IMG/VR virus record: IMGVR_UViG_3300037484_000445
Span: 131,863 to 195,862 of that record
From: a virus
Taxonomy: Duplodnaviria; Heunggongvirae; Uroviricota; Caudoviricetes
Length of the DNA stretch: 64,000 nucleotides
Reading direction: 5' to 3' (one strand)
Both the position numbers and the translations under genes were made by a program. Of this stretch, positions 20,984 to 31,561 are shown in pieces (position 1 is the stretch's first letter; each line of letters starts with the position of its first letter). The notes below the pieces were generated by a model. It was not told the DNA's origin, ran no database searches, and saw nothing but the letters and a program-made list of their open reading frames with translations.

Positions 20984-23900
20984 ATGGCCGCAACAGCACT
21001 ACTCAGGTTCACTCAAGGGCTTACTATTGGCGCCAACGGTCAGGCCCTCAAGGGTGTCATTGGTACCGCCGTAATGGTGCTAAACAGCGACGACACGGAC
21101 GTCGCTTCGTGGCAGATTGACTTAGTCTACGTTGATCCTGCCAGTGCCCTTGTTCCAGTCACACCCTACGCCTTCAATGACAATGGTAGTGTGGCTACGG
21201 CGACCTTTACACCTGATGTGCGAGGAAGCTATCGTCTTGTCCTAAAAGTGTGGGCTCTTCCGGGCCGTGTTGGGGATCCAACAGATACGGATATTCGAGT
21301 CTTTGCTGTACCTGAGATCAACGGTTTCGTTGTTCCTCCGGCTCAGCTATGGCCTCGGCCGTTGCCACCCTTAGCCTCTGGTGAACCCGGTGCCAGGGCT
21401 TCTGAATTCAACTTCGGTGGACAGGCTGATGGTTGGGCTGGTGATGGATCCAGCGATGGCCTTTTGAATGAATTGATCCGTCGGGTTGATAATCTGACCT
21501 CAGCCACATCAGTGCAAGAGGTTCTCTCTGTTTTGACGAATGGTCAGACAGCATTCACTCTCTCTCGTCCGACGACGTCGGATTCGACCGTTGTGCTATA
21601 TGTGAACGGCGTCAAACAGACCTATGGTACGGACTACACAGTAGGTGGATCCAATCTCACTTACTTGGGTACAACGCCAAGCCTTGTGACGACGGACGTA
21701 GTTGAAGTTTGGTTCATCGTAGGGAGCCAGCTGGTAGGCAATAACTCCACCCGTCAAGAGACTGTGCCCGTAACAGTCAATGGCCAGACGGCGTTCACGT
21801 TGTCCGAGGCAACAACTTCCAACACCACTGTGGAGATGTTCCTTAACAGCGCTAAGATGCAGTACGGCACGGACTATTCCGTGAATGGTTTCAATGTGAC
21901 CTACACGGGGTCAATACCTACTCAGACGACGGACGTAGTTGAGTTTTGGTACGTCATAGGTCCGATCGTGAGTGGTGGTGGTAGTGGAACTGTTGACTTT
22001 TTACCTGATCCTGACACAGGTTGGTACGCTGAGAAACTTCACTCATTTGGGATGATAAGTCCTAAGTCTCTCATTCAAGCTGGTTCGAATCTTTGGATAG
22101 TTGATGAGGGTGATCAGTACAACATACCTGCTGCCTTGATTCGTGCTGATGTCACCACTCGACGACCCCAGGTCATCAGTAGAGCTCCCTACTTGGGAGA
22201 GCGTTGGAAGTCGTTCGCTTTTTACACCTCAACTGTTGGGGCGATTCTCTCAGATGATGCCTCAGGTAATCGACACCTCTTTGAGGTAACAATCAACGGG
22301 AACCAGATTTTTGTCGATACAGGTAACCCGTACTTGTTAGGAGCTTCGACAGGTACGGATCCCATCCCGGCTCCTTGGCGTCCTTATGACAACGAGGCCC
22401 CTCTCATTTTTGCTGGTGGTTACTATTGGACCGTTGTTAGCACAGGGGTCGTTCGAATCGATCCCACGAACTTGTCTGGACCCTACACGACGATCCCAAT
22501 AACCAATTGTCGTTGGTTGGTTTACGATGCTGACGGCACACATTATTCCGATAGCCAACCGAGACTCTGGGTGCTTTCAAACTCAGGCATACCTTCGGTT
22601 AGCCGTATTGAATTGACGGGTCTAACTGTCGAGAGCTCTGTAGCACCCTTCGGTGTGACCAATTCTACGGCAACTCAAATTCTGATCGGTGGCAGCAATC
22701 TATTCGTGATCGGCTACGATGGTACGACTCTAGACCATATTGCTCGTATCACTCTGAACCCTGTGGCTCTCAGCGATGTAGCCCCTATCACGGGCGTTCA
22801 CGGGCCTTTGAGTGCTGTCTACGAACCATCCGCCGGTAAGCTCATAGTCGTTGGTATTGAGGCGAGTCTCAGCATTGATTACACGATAAGCCGCGTTGAC
22901 CCTTCTACTCTGGCCACAGAGCAAACCGTCATTGGTAACCCTGCTTATGGCTACCTGCCGGGACCTGTGTTGGTGCCTTACCCGTTGGCAGCCTTGAGTT
23001 CTACGTGGATCCCGGACACCACTATAAATACTGTTCGTCAAGTAGTTACGAGCTCTTTGGCTTCCAGCAACTTGCATCCCTTCTCACTGGAATACCAAGA
23101 ACCAAATTACGCGTTTGATGTCGTTTATGTCGACATGCATGCCACCTATGCATACTCCTACGGGTCACCTGAAAACCCCTACAAGAGACTGAGTGATGTC
23201 TTTCAGTCTGTTTTTATGGACTCTACGTTGATACTAGCTAGGGGTAACTACACTACTTTGGATGCTGGCCCTCTGACGCCTCCAACCAATATGAGTTTCG
23301 TTGGCAGAGGCGAGCCTTCGCTTACGACGATCCCTGCTTTGACAGCCGCAGGACTAAATATCTCACTGCAGAATGTCACGGTGGGTAACATCACTGCAAC
23401 TAGTCTCATCTTAGACAACTGCGTCATAGCTCCAGGATCGGCCATCGTTGCTACCAGTGTTCAACTTCAGAATACTGTAGTGAGTAGCACTGTTAGCTTC
23501 ACTTCGACTACCTTGTATGCTGATAACACCTCGACTTACTGGTTCGACACGAACGGGGCTACGCTTACAGGTACTCGAACTCTTATTAGTGCTCCAGCTG
23601 AAAGGCTACGAACTGCAACGGGAGCGGTAGATATCTCCGCTGCTGCCGCTCCCTCTATCGGTCAACTCCTTGTGGCAACGAGTCCCACGACGGCAACGTG
23701 GCAAACGGTTGCTACATCACTTCAGGTTACGGTTCCCAATAGTTCTCCTCAAAACGTAGATACTATCGTAGCGCCTCCCGGTTTCAAGATAACCTCCACG
23801 ACGTTATCTATCTACAATGGAGGTCAGAACTCTGCCGACGTAACCCTAAACACGGATGCGTCAATGGCTGTCTTGGCCGTGGTCATAACCGGGTTGAATA

Positions 23901-24211
23901 TCAACAGCTTCTACACTTGCACTCTAGGCTTCCGTTGTGTGATCTGGCAAAGTGGTACGAGGGCTAACTCAGGGTCCATGGATTGTGTAGTGGACTTGTA
24001 TATCACCACTGATGGGGCTGGTGTGGCTACCGTGGTGGTTCAAACCACACCTCTCATAGATACTTCGAGACTATTGACCGCGCTTATTGCTTCTACGATG
24101 ATCGTGGATCCTTCTGTCGGGGGCTTCACTATTTCAGCGACTCGCCCAATCGGTGTAACCTGTATCACGCGGGCTAAATGGTGGGTGGTTGCTTTCGAGG
24201 ACATCACATGA
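20984..24211 (+). CDS. Mosaic tail fibre / receptor-binding protein
   Basis: PKD-like N-terminus (ATFTPDVRGSYRL), two 80-aa tandem repeats, propeller-like middle, 'GSPENPYKRLSD' beta-helix-start motif. Confidence 0.65.
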   Translation: MAATALLRFTQGLTIGANGQALKGVIGTAVMVLNSDDTDVASWQIDLVYVDPASALVPVTPYAFNDNGSVATATFTPDVRGSYRLVLKVWALPGRVGDPTDTDIRVFAVPEINGFVVPPAQLWPRPLPPLASGEPGARASEFNFGGQADGWAGDGSSDGLLNELIRRVDNLTSATSVQEVLSVLTNGQTAFTLSRPTTSDSTVVLYVNGVKQTYGTDYTVGGSNLTYLGTTPSLVTTDVVEVWFIVGSQLVGNNSTRQETVPVTVNGQTAFTLSEATTSNTTVEMFLNSAKMQYGTDYSVNGFNVTYTGSIPTQTTDVVEFWYVIGPIVSGGGSGTVDFLPDPDTGWYAEKLHSFGMISPKSLIQAGSNLWIVDEGDQYNIPAALIRADVTTRRPQVISRAPYLGERWKSFAFYTSTVGAILSDDASGNRHLFEVTINGNQIFVDTGNPYLLGASTGTDPIPAPWRPYDNEAPLIFAGGYYWTVVSTGVVRIDPTNLSGPYTTIPITNCRWLVYDADGTHYSDSQPRLWVLSNSGIPSVSRIELTGLTVESSVAPFGVTNSTATQILIGGSNLFVIGYDGTTLDHIARITLNPVALSDVAPITGVHGPLSAVYEPSAGKLIVVGIEASLSIDYTISRVDPSTLATEQTVIGNPAYGYLPGPVLVPYPLAALSSTWIPDTTINTVRQVVTSSLASSNLHPFSLEYQEPNYAFDVVYVDMHATYAYSYGSPENPYKRLSDVFQSVFMDSTLILARGNYTTLDAGPLTPPTNMSFVGRGEPSLTTIPALTAAGLNISLQNVTVGNITATSLILDNCVIAPGSAIVATSVQLQNTVVSSTVSFTSTTLYADNTSTYWFDTNGATLTGTRTLISAPAERLRTATGAVDISAAAAPSIGQLLVATSPTTATWQTVATSLQVTVPNSSPQNVDTIVAPPGFKITSTTLSIYNGGQNSADVTLNTDASMAVLAVVITGLNINSFYTCTLGFRCVIWQSGTRANSGSMDCVVDLYITTDGAGVATVVVQTTPLIDTSRLLTALIASTMIVDPSVGGFTISATRPIGVTCITRAKWWVVAFEDIT
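21512..21961 (+). repeat. Tandem duplication of an 80-aa (240-nt) fibre module
   Basis: NGQTAFTLS...YGTDY.V...TTDVVE.W occurs at 21512 and 21752. Confidence 0.85.
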
Positions 24212-25149
24212 GTGCCCCTGGGATCATCAGTACGCCCTATCTTCGACCCCTTATTACTTACGCTGGGAGTGTTCAGGCAATTTCAGTGGGTAATGGGCCT
24301 CGTGGGCTATCGATCAGTCCTGATAGCAGGTATGTCTATGTGGCCAACTTCGATGCTAGTACGGTATCTAGGATCGATCTGATGTCCATGACCGTTGTAG
24401 ACACTTGGTCCGTAGGTTCAGGGCCAACACATTGTGCGGTATCCCCCGATGGGACTTTGGCGTTCACCTCCAACAACAATACAGGGGGCGTTACTAGAAT
24501 CGTTACTGCCACCGGGGCTACGAGCAGTATCTCTACTGGGTCACTCCCTAGATGGTGTACTTTCACCCCAGACGGATTGTATCTTCTCGTTTGCAACATT
24601 GCATCTCAGACTGTTTCCAAACTGAGAATCTCTGACAACGCAATCGTTGCAACAATCAGTTCTAGTACGGGCCCGATTGCTGTTGACGTTTCACCTGATG
24701 GTTCCCTAGCCTACGTCGCCAACTACGACTCGGGCTCAATAACTAGAATCGTAATGGCTACCGATGCAACAAGCAGTTTTGCTGTTGGATCCGCCTTACA
24801 TGCTGTCAAGTTCACACCAAATGGCAAGTATGCCTATGTGGCTTCTAATTCAGGCACACCATTGTACCGTATAGATGTAGCCACAAATGCAGTTACATCG
24901 GCTGGTTCAATCGGATCTGGTGGTTTGGGTGTCGGTGTGTCTCCAGACGGATCAATGACCTATCTGGTGCTTAACGGTTCATATGTGTTGAAGCGCGTAA
25001 ATGTGACAACGGGTGTGGTGTCGGACTTAACTACTTCTGGTAGTGGGCCTTGGTCTGCAGCATTTGCTCCCAATGGCACTGTTGCTTGTGTGTCGAACAA
25101 CAATGGTGGTGGGGCAGGTACTGTATCAGTGATTAGGCTTCGAGGATGA
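24208..25149 (+). CDS. YVTN/YncE-type beta-propeller protein
   Basis: About seven repeats of 'P.....sPDG..aYVaN......v.ri'; ATG at 24208 overlaps the upstream stop (ATGA). Confidence 0.85.
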   Translation: MSAPGIISTPYLRPLITYAGSVQAISVGNGPRGLSISPDSRYVYVANFDASTVSRIDLMSMTVVDTWSVGSGPTHCAVSPDGTLAFTSNNNTGGVTRIVTATGATSSISTGSLPRWCTFTPDGLYLLVCNIASQTVSKLRISDNAIVATISSSTGPIAVDVSPDGSLAYVANYDSGSITRIVMATDATSSFAVGSALHAVKFTPNGKYAYVASNSGTPLYRIDVATNAVTSAGSIGSGGLGVGVSPDGSMTYLVLNGSYVLKRVNVTTGVVSDLTTSGSGPWSAAFAPNGTVACVSNNNGGGAGTVSVIRLRG

Positions 25150-25162
25150 ATTGTGGGACCCT

Positions 25163-25795
25163 ATGAAATTCTGCATGCTCCATTCAAGAGACTACTCACC
25201 GGCAACCATCACTGTGCCGAAGGTTGAACGCTATTGTTCCCTTCACGGTCACAGCATTGTTCGAAAGGTGTGCCCTACAACCCTTGAAGGTTGGGAAAGA
25301 ATCCCTTTCCTGCAGGAGATGCTGGCTTCGGTAGATGATGGTACTTGGCTAGTTTGGTGCGAAGCCAATGTCCTGTTTCTGCGAGAGGACTTTGACCTAA
25401 GTGGCAACCTCTCCGAGGACAAAAGCTTTGTCTTTGCCGATAGTGGCACTAGCCCTTGGTTGAACGCAGGGTTCTTTGCCCTAAAGGTCGAACCTATTAG
25501 CCGGGAACTCTTGAGCCGCTGCTTGATGACCAAGGGTATAGGACCTGTTGGCTTTGGATCTCACAAGACAGTTCAAGAGGCTTTCCGTGGGGTTATAGAG
25601 ACAGACCCGTTGATGAGGATACGAACTGCAAGATTCCCTTCAAGCGTCATTCAAGGGCCTAATACAGAGTACTCAAAAACTGCTTTCGCCGCTCATTTGA
25701 GTACCCCGGGAACGTCAGCACAAGTTCTCGAAAGAGTGAAACTCGTTCTTGAAAGGGGTTGGGGCTCCGTCGGCTTGTCCCTAACGAGGTCATAA
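25163..25795 (+). CDS. GT34-like (galactosyl/nucleotide-sugar transferase fold) protein with degenerate DxD
   Basis: ERYCSLHGH, W.RIPFL, WLVW-CEAN-VLF, LNAGFFALK, SRELL and 'QEAF' map onto GT34 motifs; CEA replaces the usual DAD. Confidence 0.6.
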   Translation: MKFCMLHSRDYSPATITVPKVERYCSLHGHSIVRKVCPTTLEGWERIPFLQEMLASVDDGTWLVWCEANVLFLREDFDLSGNLSEDKSFVFADSGTSPWLNAGFFALKVEPISRELLSRCLMTKGIGPVGFGSHKTVQEAFRGVIETDPLMRIRTARFPSSVIQGPNTEYSKTAFAAHLSTPGTSAQVLERVKLVLERGWGSVGLSLTRS

Positions 25796-28122
25796 TGGCT
25801 GGATTTGGTGGATCAAGATGGGGTCAAGGCGCTTGGGGTGATAGCGAAGATTTTGTTCGCCCTGTGCTTGAGGTGTTTGTCGACGACACCTGTCTTGTCA
25901 CAGACGAATCCGAGTACGCGATTCCGCTTAGGGTAGCTCATGCCACGGCCTTGAGCCTTTTCACTGTCAGAGTTCGGTTTTCTAACGAAATAGACATCAC
26001 TTTTCCGCCATTAAGTGACCCCGCCAACTACACAATCCCTGGACTGATCGTCACTAGCGTTACTATTTCGAGCGCCGATACTGTCATTCTGAGTACGACG
26101 CCGGCTCAAAGCAATTTGGTCTACGTGGTTACGGCCGCTCAAGGTCGAAGCACTAATGGAGATCTGCTCGGTCCTGACAACTCGGCTGCCTTCTTAGGCT
26201 TTGTACTGATTCCGTCCTTCATAGCCGGTGCTATCTCAGCTACCCAAGTCGATCTGATCTTCTCAACTGAGATGACTCCTGATGCTGCCTTTACCTCGAT
26301 AGGCAGCTACATTATTCGGGGTGGTCCTGGGGGTGTTGCCATCCCCATCTTGTCTGCCACGATTTCAGGTGGAATCCCCATACGACGGGTGACCCTAAGG
26401 CTGGCCACACCTCTTCAGTCGATGGAAACCTACGCTGCCGTAGTTTCCTCGGCAGTCACGAGCATCCTAGGCCAAATTGTATCCCCCGATACCTACTTGT
26501 TCAAGTGGGCCGATATGTCGCGGCCGGCCCATGGGGCACCGCTCGAAATTCCAATTCGGGCCTTCTCCGGTGAGGTGAAAAGTGGGATTCTTGGCAATCC
26601 TGCCGGGCAAGTCTTCTTCTCACCAGCTTATGAAGCTGTTGGAGCAACATCCGCTATTGAGTTGGAGTCGGTGTCTGTTTGCACCCGAGCTTTTGATCAG
26701 TACGAGTTTCCGAGCCTTCCGGATCCCCCATCCCTGTACACATTTGGGCCGGGAGTATCGAGCGTCTTGAGTGCTGGGTTCATTCTTTGGGCCCCCGCAG
26801 AGAAGCTTGGCTTGTTCAAGAGTAAGCTTTCCAACTTTGGACAGGAGGATGTCCTACCCAAGATCTACGACTCTTCTACGGGAAACCTCGAGTCTCCAAT
26901 CGGGGACACTCCGGCCATTGCTACCCTGCGAGAGACTATCGATATCACCAGGGCCTCGTTCTTGAATGACCTCAGGTGGCGTACTTTCCCAGGCACAGGT
27001 GCGACCGTTTTTATGACGGCCGACAATATGACGCCCATTGGTCCAGGGCCTACTACGATTCGGGCGCTATCCCGGCCGAGGGCTGAAGTTAGGGATCCTC
27101 ACGACTTCATAGACTTGTTGGATGAAGTCGACGTCATAATACCTAAGTTTGAGGACGTCATCAGCGTTACGGACTCGGTGGACGTTGAGGTCTACGCCTT
27201 CTTCAGTGTCCTTGTTTCGGATGCTATTGCGTTGGGAGACCAAGCCACTTCGGCCATGACTAAGGTGGTCTCACATTCGGATGCTATCTCTGTGAGTGAC
27301 CAGGTAATCCGATCCGCGACCAAAGGTGTGGTGGTTTCGGATAGTGTCTCGTTGGTAGATGGCGCCTCAGCTTCAAAGGAGTATGCGGTCTTAGTCTCTG
27401 ATTCGGTTGCCCTAAGTGATCAAGTGAGTATTGAATGTTTGATCCTTGTGTCGGATACTCTTAGTGTTACTGATGAAGTGACGATTGAGTCTGGGATGGA
27501 TCCTGGAGCCCTATACAGTGCTCTGCAGACAATATTCGGAGCATTACTTACGGGTGTTTGGGTTGGTGAAGACCTTATTGTTGACGGATCGAACAACATC
27601 ACTAGTTGGCCAGAACGTAACAATACCGGTACGTTGACGAATGCTCACGCTACGAACCGTTTCACTACACGTACTGTGAATGGACGTCTGTGGATGTACA
27701 CATCAGTCGAGGCAGGGAAGTCTCTGGTAAGCCCTGCTAGAACAGGTGATTCCGTGTACATGGTGATGGTGTCCATGCCACCTCTTCCGTTCACAGATTA
27801 CAAGTTGGCCTTAGGATCGAGCATTTACCAGGTTCTTGCTGGGGCATCAGGGACAAGTACCCTGTATAGTTCTCAATCTACCCTCCGATACGTGGACGGG
27901 GTTCTAACGAACACAGTGAGCAGTGGTATCCATTTAATTGAGGCCACAACAGGAGCAAATACTAGCTTCTTTGTAGGAGGGCTCGAAGCATCCTACCCTG
28001 GGTACCCAGGTCGGGATTGGACGGCGGACATTGGCTGCGTAGTGGTCCTTTCGAGTGCCCCTACCAGCCAACAGCGTGCGGATGCCTTAACACTCCTAAA
28101 GACCTACTACAGCGTTCCCTGA
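25795..28122 (+). CDS. Tail structural/fibre protein with Ig-like domains, repeat stalk and C-terminal LamG-like head
   Basis: TAATG-coupled start (MAGFGGSRWGQGAWG); 'F S..i.....dP.NY.I' Ig-like repeats; vSD.i.vsD repeats; C-terminal 'W.ADIG.VVV.S......R' LamG-type ending. Confidence 0.65.
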   Translation: MAGFGGSRWGQGAWGDSEDFVRPVLEVFVDDTCLVTDESEYAIPLRVAHATALSLFTVRVRFSNEIDITFPPLSDPANYTIPGLIVTSVTISSADTVILSTTPAQSNLVYVVTAAQGRSTNGDLLGPDNSAAFLGFVLIPSFIAGAISATQVDLIFSTEMTPDAAFTSIGSYIIRGGPGGVAIPILSATISGGIPIRRVTLRLATPLQSMETYAAVVSSAVTSILGQIVSPDTYLFKWADMSRPAHGAPLEIPIRAFSGEVKSGILGNPAGQVFFSPAYEAVGATSAIELESVSVCTRAFDQYEFPSLPDPPSLYTFGPGVSSVLSAGFILWAPAEKLGLFKSKLSNFGQEDVLPKIYDSSTGNLESPIGDTPAIATLRETIDITRASFLNDLRWRTFPGTGATVFMTADNMTPIGPGPTTIRALSRPRAEVRDPHDFIDLLDEVDVIIPKFEDVISVTDSVDVEVYAFFSVLVSDAIALGDQATSAMTKVVSHSDAISVSDQVIRSATKGVVVSDSVSLVDGASASKEYAVLVSDSVALSDQVSIECLILVSDTLSVTDEVTIESGMDPGALYSALQTIFGALLTGVWVGEDLIVDGSNNITSWPERNNTGTLTNAHATNRFTTRTVNGRLWMYTSVEAGKSLVSPARTGDSVYMVMVSMPPLPFTDYKLALGSSIYQVLAGASGTSTLYSSQSTLRYVDGVLTNTVSSGIHLIEATTGANTSFFVGGLEASYPGYPGRDWTADIGCVVVLSSAPTSQQRADALTLLKTYYSVP
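27148..27480 (+). repeat. Six imperfect 17-22-aa 'vSD.i.vsD.v' stalk repeats
   Basis: FEDVISVTD, VSDAIALGD, HSDAISVSD, VSDSVSLVD, VSDSVALSD, VSDTLSVTD. Confidence 0.75.
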
Positions 28123-28141
28123 GGCAATCTTTGCGGACTGC

Positions 28142-28189
28142 CGCCCTTGAAGAGGACCGTCCAAACGGCACCCTTCAAGTTTTCGGGCG
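28142..28189 (+). other. Intergenic multi-stem hairpin
   Basis: CGCCC/GGGCG, CTTGAAG/CTTCAAG and CCGT/ACGG nested inverted repeats; the outer two stems compete for one base. Confidence 0.5.
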
Positions 28190-28190
28190 A

Positions 28191-28202
28191 AATTCTCTTT
28201 AT
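28191..28202 (+). promoter_or_regulatory. Putative late promoter motif AATTCTCTTTAT
   Basis: Similar to the 10653/40564/63871 motif; followed by GAGGA SD and ATG at 28227. Confidence 0.4.
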
Positions 28203-28226
28203 GCACCTTCTTCTCGTGAAGAGGAC

Positions 28227-28883
28227 ATGGACATGAAGATACCCGAACAATTTAGGGCGCCTCAGGGACAGGTAGCCTCGGCTTTTGCTGTTCGTCCGGC
28301 CGACGACTTCAAGGAGTCCGGTTATTACGTCCGCGGGGACGTTTTCTTCACCCTTCGGGACGCTGTGACGAGGGAAGTTCAGGAGTACCGGGAACTTCGA
28401 AATCTCGTTGTCCTTGACGCGAGCATTCTCATTGCTCGCCTCATGAAGGACAATCTTGAGCCCCCACATAGTCTTTATGCCTTAGCAATAGGCTCTGGTG
28501 ATACCGGGTGGAACCCGATGAGTCCTCCAGCAGCCACTAACACTCAACGGGCGCTCTACGCTGAGATCACCCGTAAGACGTTCACAGAGACAGCGTTCAT
28601 CGATGGTGCTGGTGTTCCTGTAGCCTATCCAACGAAAGTTGTTGACTTTACAACGATCTACACTGAAAGTGAAGCCGTTGGTCCTCTCGTTGAGATGGGT
28701 CTTTTAGGGGGAAACATCAGCACCAACATGTCGGTGAGAAACCCGGTTACCCCACCCAACGGAACCTACGATCCGACGGTAGACCTGACCACTCGTGAAA
28801 CGCTTTGCAACTACCTCACGTTTCCTGTGATCAACAAGCCGGCTACCAGTACACTCGAGATCGTTTGGCGGTTGAGCTTCTAG
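28227..28883 (+). CDS. Tail-collar fibre-like protein (DUF3751-like)
   Basis: NLVV, ALAIGSG, ALYAEITRK, EAVGPLVEMGL and 'FPVINK....L.IVWRLSF' pattern; ATG at 28227 or 28233 after GAGGA. Confidence 0.7.
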   Translation: MDMKIPEQFRAPQGQVASAFAVRPADDFKESGYYVRGDVFFTLRDAVTREVQEYRELRNLVVLDASILIARLMKDNLEPPHSLYALAIGSGDTGWNPMSPPAATNTQRALYAEITRKTFTETAFIDGAGVPVAYPTKVVDFTTIYTESEAVGPLVEMGLLGGNISTNMSVRNPVTPPNGTYDPTVDLTTRETLCNYLTFPVINKPATSTLEIVWRLSF

Positions 28884-28933
28884 GCCATGGCTCACAATAA
28901 CGGTGGAAGTAACACTCCCTTCCGAGAGGCAGT

Positions 28934-31561
28934 ATGAGCGACAAGAACTACGGCCCGGCAACGTCGGGTTACAGAGATCCCGAAGGACGGTCGTTTGAGA
29001 CTGTTGTCTACCAAGCCGCTAAGCCGGTTCTAGACATTGAGCTAAATCTTGCCCAAGATGCTGGACAGGATATGAACCTGCGGCTGCAACGCAGGACCTA
29101 CCCATCAGGGTGGCTCTCAGAAGAGTTCACCAACGACTATGCGTCCTATGTTTGGGCTTACACAGGAATCCCTGTTGCCAATCAGCTCACACTTTGGCCC
29201 TTTCAAGCCATTGTCAACGGGTGGCATCTCCGTATTACGAACACTAACTACAACACAGCGGGCATAAATGCTGTGGACTTGGGAGCCTCTCCCGTTGGTG
29301 TTGGGTCAAAGAGGACTGACTTCGTCATCTTAGAGGTGTGGCGACGATTGCTTCCTGCGGCCCCTGCAACGACAGGCAAGAGCCCGACGGGTAGGATCTG
29401 GCAGAACGGTAACGTCAAGATAGCCCCTGCCGATGACCTGGCTCTCAATTACTCGGACGATATACTGGATGGTGCTGTTGGATCAGAGACGACCAAGCGG
29501 GTTCAGATCCAGTATCGCCTTCGGGTCATCAATGGCATCGACCTCTTCACGTACTCCTTTGGGTTCAATGACCCTACAGTTGTAGCCCATTCAGTTCCGG
29601 CTTCTGCAGCAGCACCGGATGGTGTAGCAACGGTTTTCACGTATAGCAACCAGTCTTCCAGCAGTGATTCGGGCCTGTGGCGAGCGGGTAATGGAGATCC
29701 GTCTAACACACTAGGCACCGTAGATGGATACATTTACGCTCTACCTCTTTGTGCAGTCTTCCGACGCAACTCGACGGCTTTTGATCGCAACACGAACACT
29801 AATGGGGGTGTTGCTTACCCGGGTCCCTCAGATCGTCCAGATCAACTGTTCACTGACATCGTCGATAGCATTGATGTCTACGACATGCGGAATGGTACTT
29901 CTCCTAGTGGTTGGGACTACACGGAACTCCTTCAGAAGAACACCGGACTCCTTCTGGAGAACTTGGCTCGTACCGAGATTGGCTCCACGCTGCTAGGTGG
30001 CGGTGTTGAAGGATCCACGCTGCTTTGGGCTGACGAGATTGGTCTCTCGAATGCCAATGGTGGTGACGGTATTACTACCGGGGATACTCCCGGAGCCGAG
30101 TTTATTGGCGAATTTGATGCCGTACGAAGGGCTTTTTCTGATCGTCCCACCTATGAGACTATCGTTCTGAATTTCTCTCCTAGTGACCAAAGTGGGGCGC
30201 CTAGTGCTACTTGGGTCGTGGGGCGAACGATTACGATAAGCCCTTCGGCCCTAGGCGTGTGGCCTTATCTACCCTTCAATTGGACGGCTTTTGCCCCTTC
30301 GAACGTCACTATCTTAGACGTGACCCGGACGGCCTTTGTTGGTACTAGCCCTGGGCAGCTATCCTTCAATGCCACAGCTAACTTCCTGGTTCAGGGGTTA
30401 GGGGCACTTCCTCAGGGTGCTATTACCCTCACCATAGGCTCGGTGACAGACGGCGTCAACACGGCAACAACGGAGGATCTATACGTCACCATCTTGGTGG
30501 CTTATCCTCCAGGTGTTGGTTTGACCAAAACCCCAACATCCGTGTTGGGTACTTCAGGTCCCTATGTGAATGGTGTTCTGATCAACAATCCGGCTCAGTT
30601 GCCGGCAGGAAGTCCAATCCTTTACGCCAGCCTGGTCAGCCCCAGTCTAAATTATGTCAACCGTGAGGTTCGCCTTGAATACCTTACGGTTTCGCACACT
30701 TTCAGCTATAGACCGGGAGCCGGAGCTAGCAACAACGTTCTCTACTTGCCAGAACGGCCTTATCTTTTTGCGTTGCCGTCAATCACTATCAATGGCAGTC
30801 CTTATGTTGGTGGCATTCTGATTAGCGCTTACCAACTGACTTTGGATCCGGGATCGGTAGTCAGCGGGGATGACGTATTCATTTCGTACCAGTCGGTTCG
30901 AGCTCTTCCTCAGAATGGAGAGCAACTTACCGTCTACTACCAAACGGTACCTCCTCAGACGATCCGAGAAGCTCTACTTCCAACCAATCTATCGTTGGAT
31001 GCTACGAGTATTTCCCAGAACATGTTCGTGATCACAGCTGGAAGTGGCGCGGATGGCGAGGCTTACCCCTACCCATACCAATACGTTCAAGCAGGAGCGG
31101 TATACCCGTCTTCCTCAGGGACTTATGCTGGGGATCATGAGCTTGATGGGGACTTGAGGGTGTCTATTCAGGCCCTCTACACGGATACAGGCTTCATGCA
31201 AGTTCCTGTTCATCTTCCCCTAGCACCGGCACCAAGTGGTATGTCGTTTGGTCGGTCTCCGGGGGATGCCGACGTGGAGGGACGAACCTACTACAAGACA
31301 ACACCATTCTACAAGATGTTGGCAGTGGGTCCCACATTGAGTGACCCCAAGAAGCACAAGAATCTGTTGCCCGTTCTATGTGAAGTCCCAAGCAACTATC
31401 CGTTCGCCTACCGAGGTGAGTTGGTCTTGGTCATCCTAAGTCGCTGGGCTTCTTTCGACGATTCCAATTCAGTGGGTTTCCTAAGTGACCTCACACAGAA
31501 CACAACCTCGGCAAGCATCTATCGCCTAAAGGGCAACCTACTGAGCAACAGGAGAACCTGA
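28934..31561 (+). CDS. Large tail protein, DUF4815-like N-terminus (paralog A)
   Basis: DP..RSFETVVYQAAKPVLDIELNLAQD; shares many motifs with 33998..37990. Confidence 0.65.
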   Translation: MSDKNYGPATSGYRDPEGRSFETVVYQAAKPVLDIELNLAQDAGQDMNLRLQRRTYPSGWLSEEFTNDYASYVWAYTGIPVANQLTLWPFQAIVNGWHLRITNTNYNTAGINAVDLGASPVGVGSKRTDFVILEVWRRLLPAAPATTGKSPTGRIWQNGNVKIAPADDLALNYSDDILDGAVGSETTKRVQIQYRLRVINGIDLFTYSFGFNDPTVVAHSVPASAAAPDGVATVFTYSNQSSSSDSGLWRAGNGDPSNTLGTVDGYIYALPLCAVFRRNSTAFDRNTNTNGGVAYPGPSDRPDQLFTDIVDSIDVYDMRNGTSPSGWDYTELLQKNTGLLLENLARTEIGSTLLGGGVEGSTLLWADEIGLSNANGGDGITTGDTPGAEFIGEFDAVRRAFSDRPTYETIVLNFSPSDQSGAPSATWVVGRTITISPSALGVWPYLPFNWTAFAPSNVTILDVTRTAFVGTSPGQLSFNATANFLVQGLGALPQGAITLTIGSVTDGVNTATTEDLYVTILVAYPPGVGLTKTPTSVLGTSGPYVNGVLINNPAQLPAGSPILYASLVSPSLNYVNREVRLEYLTVSHTFSYRPGAGASNNVLYLPERPYLFALPSITINGSPYVGGILISAYQLTLDPGSVVSGDDVFISYQSVRALPQNGEQLTVYYQTVPPQTIREALLPTNLSLDATSISQNMFVITAGSGADGEAYPYPYQYVQAGAVYPSSSGTYAGDHELDGDLRVSIQALYTDTGFMQVPVHLPLAPAPSGMSFGRSPGDADVEGRTYYKTTPFYKMLAVGPTLSDPKKHKNLLPVLCEVPSNYPFAYRGELVLVILSRWASFDDSNSVGFLSDLTQNTTSASIYRLKGNLLSNRRT

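Noticed and set aside
28017-28226. Extended starts from the ORF track (also 24178, 25759, 40751, 49860, 61224)
   Set aside because: Downstream ATGs have SD sites or stop-start coupling and match domain boundaries better.
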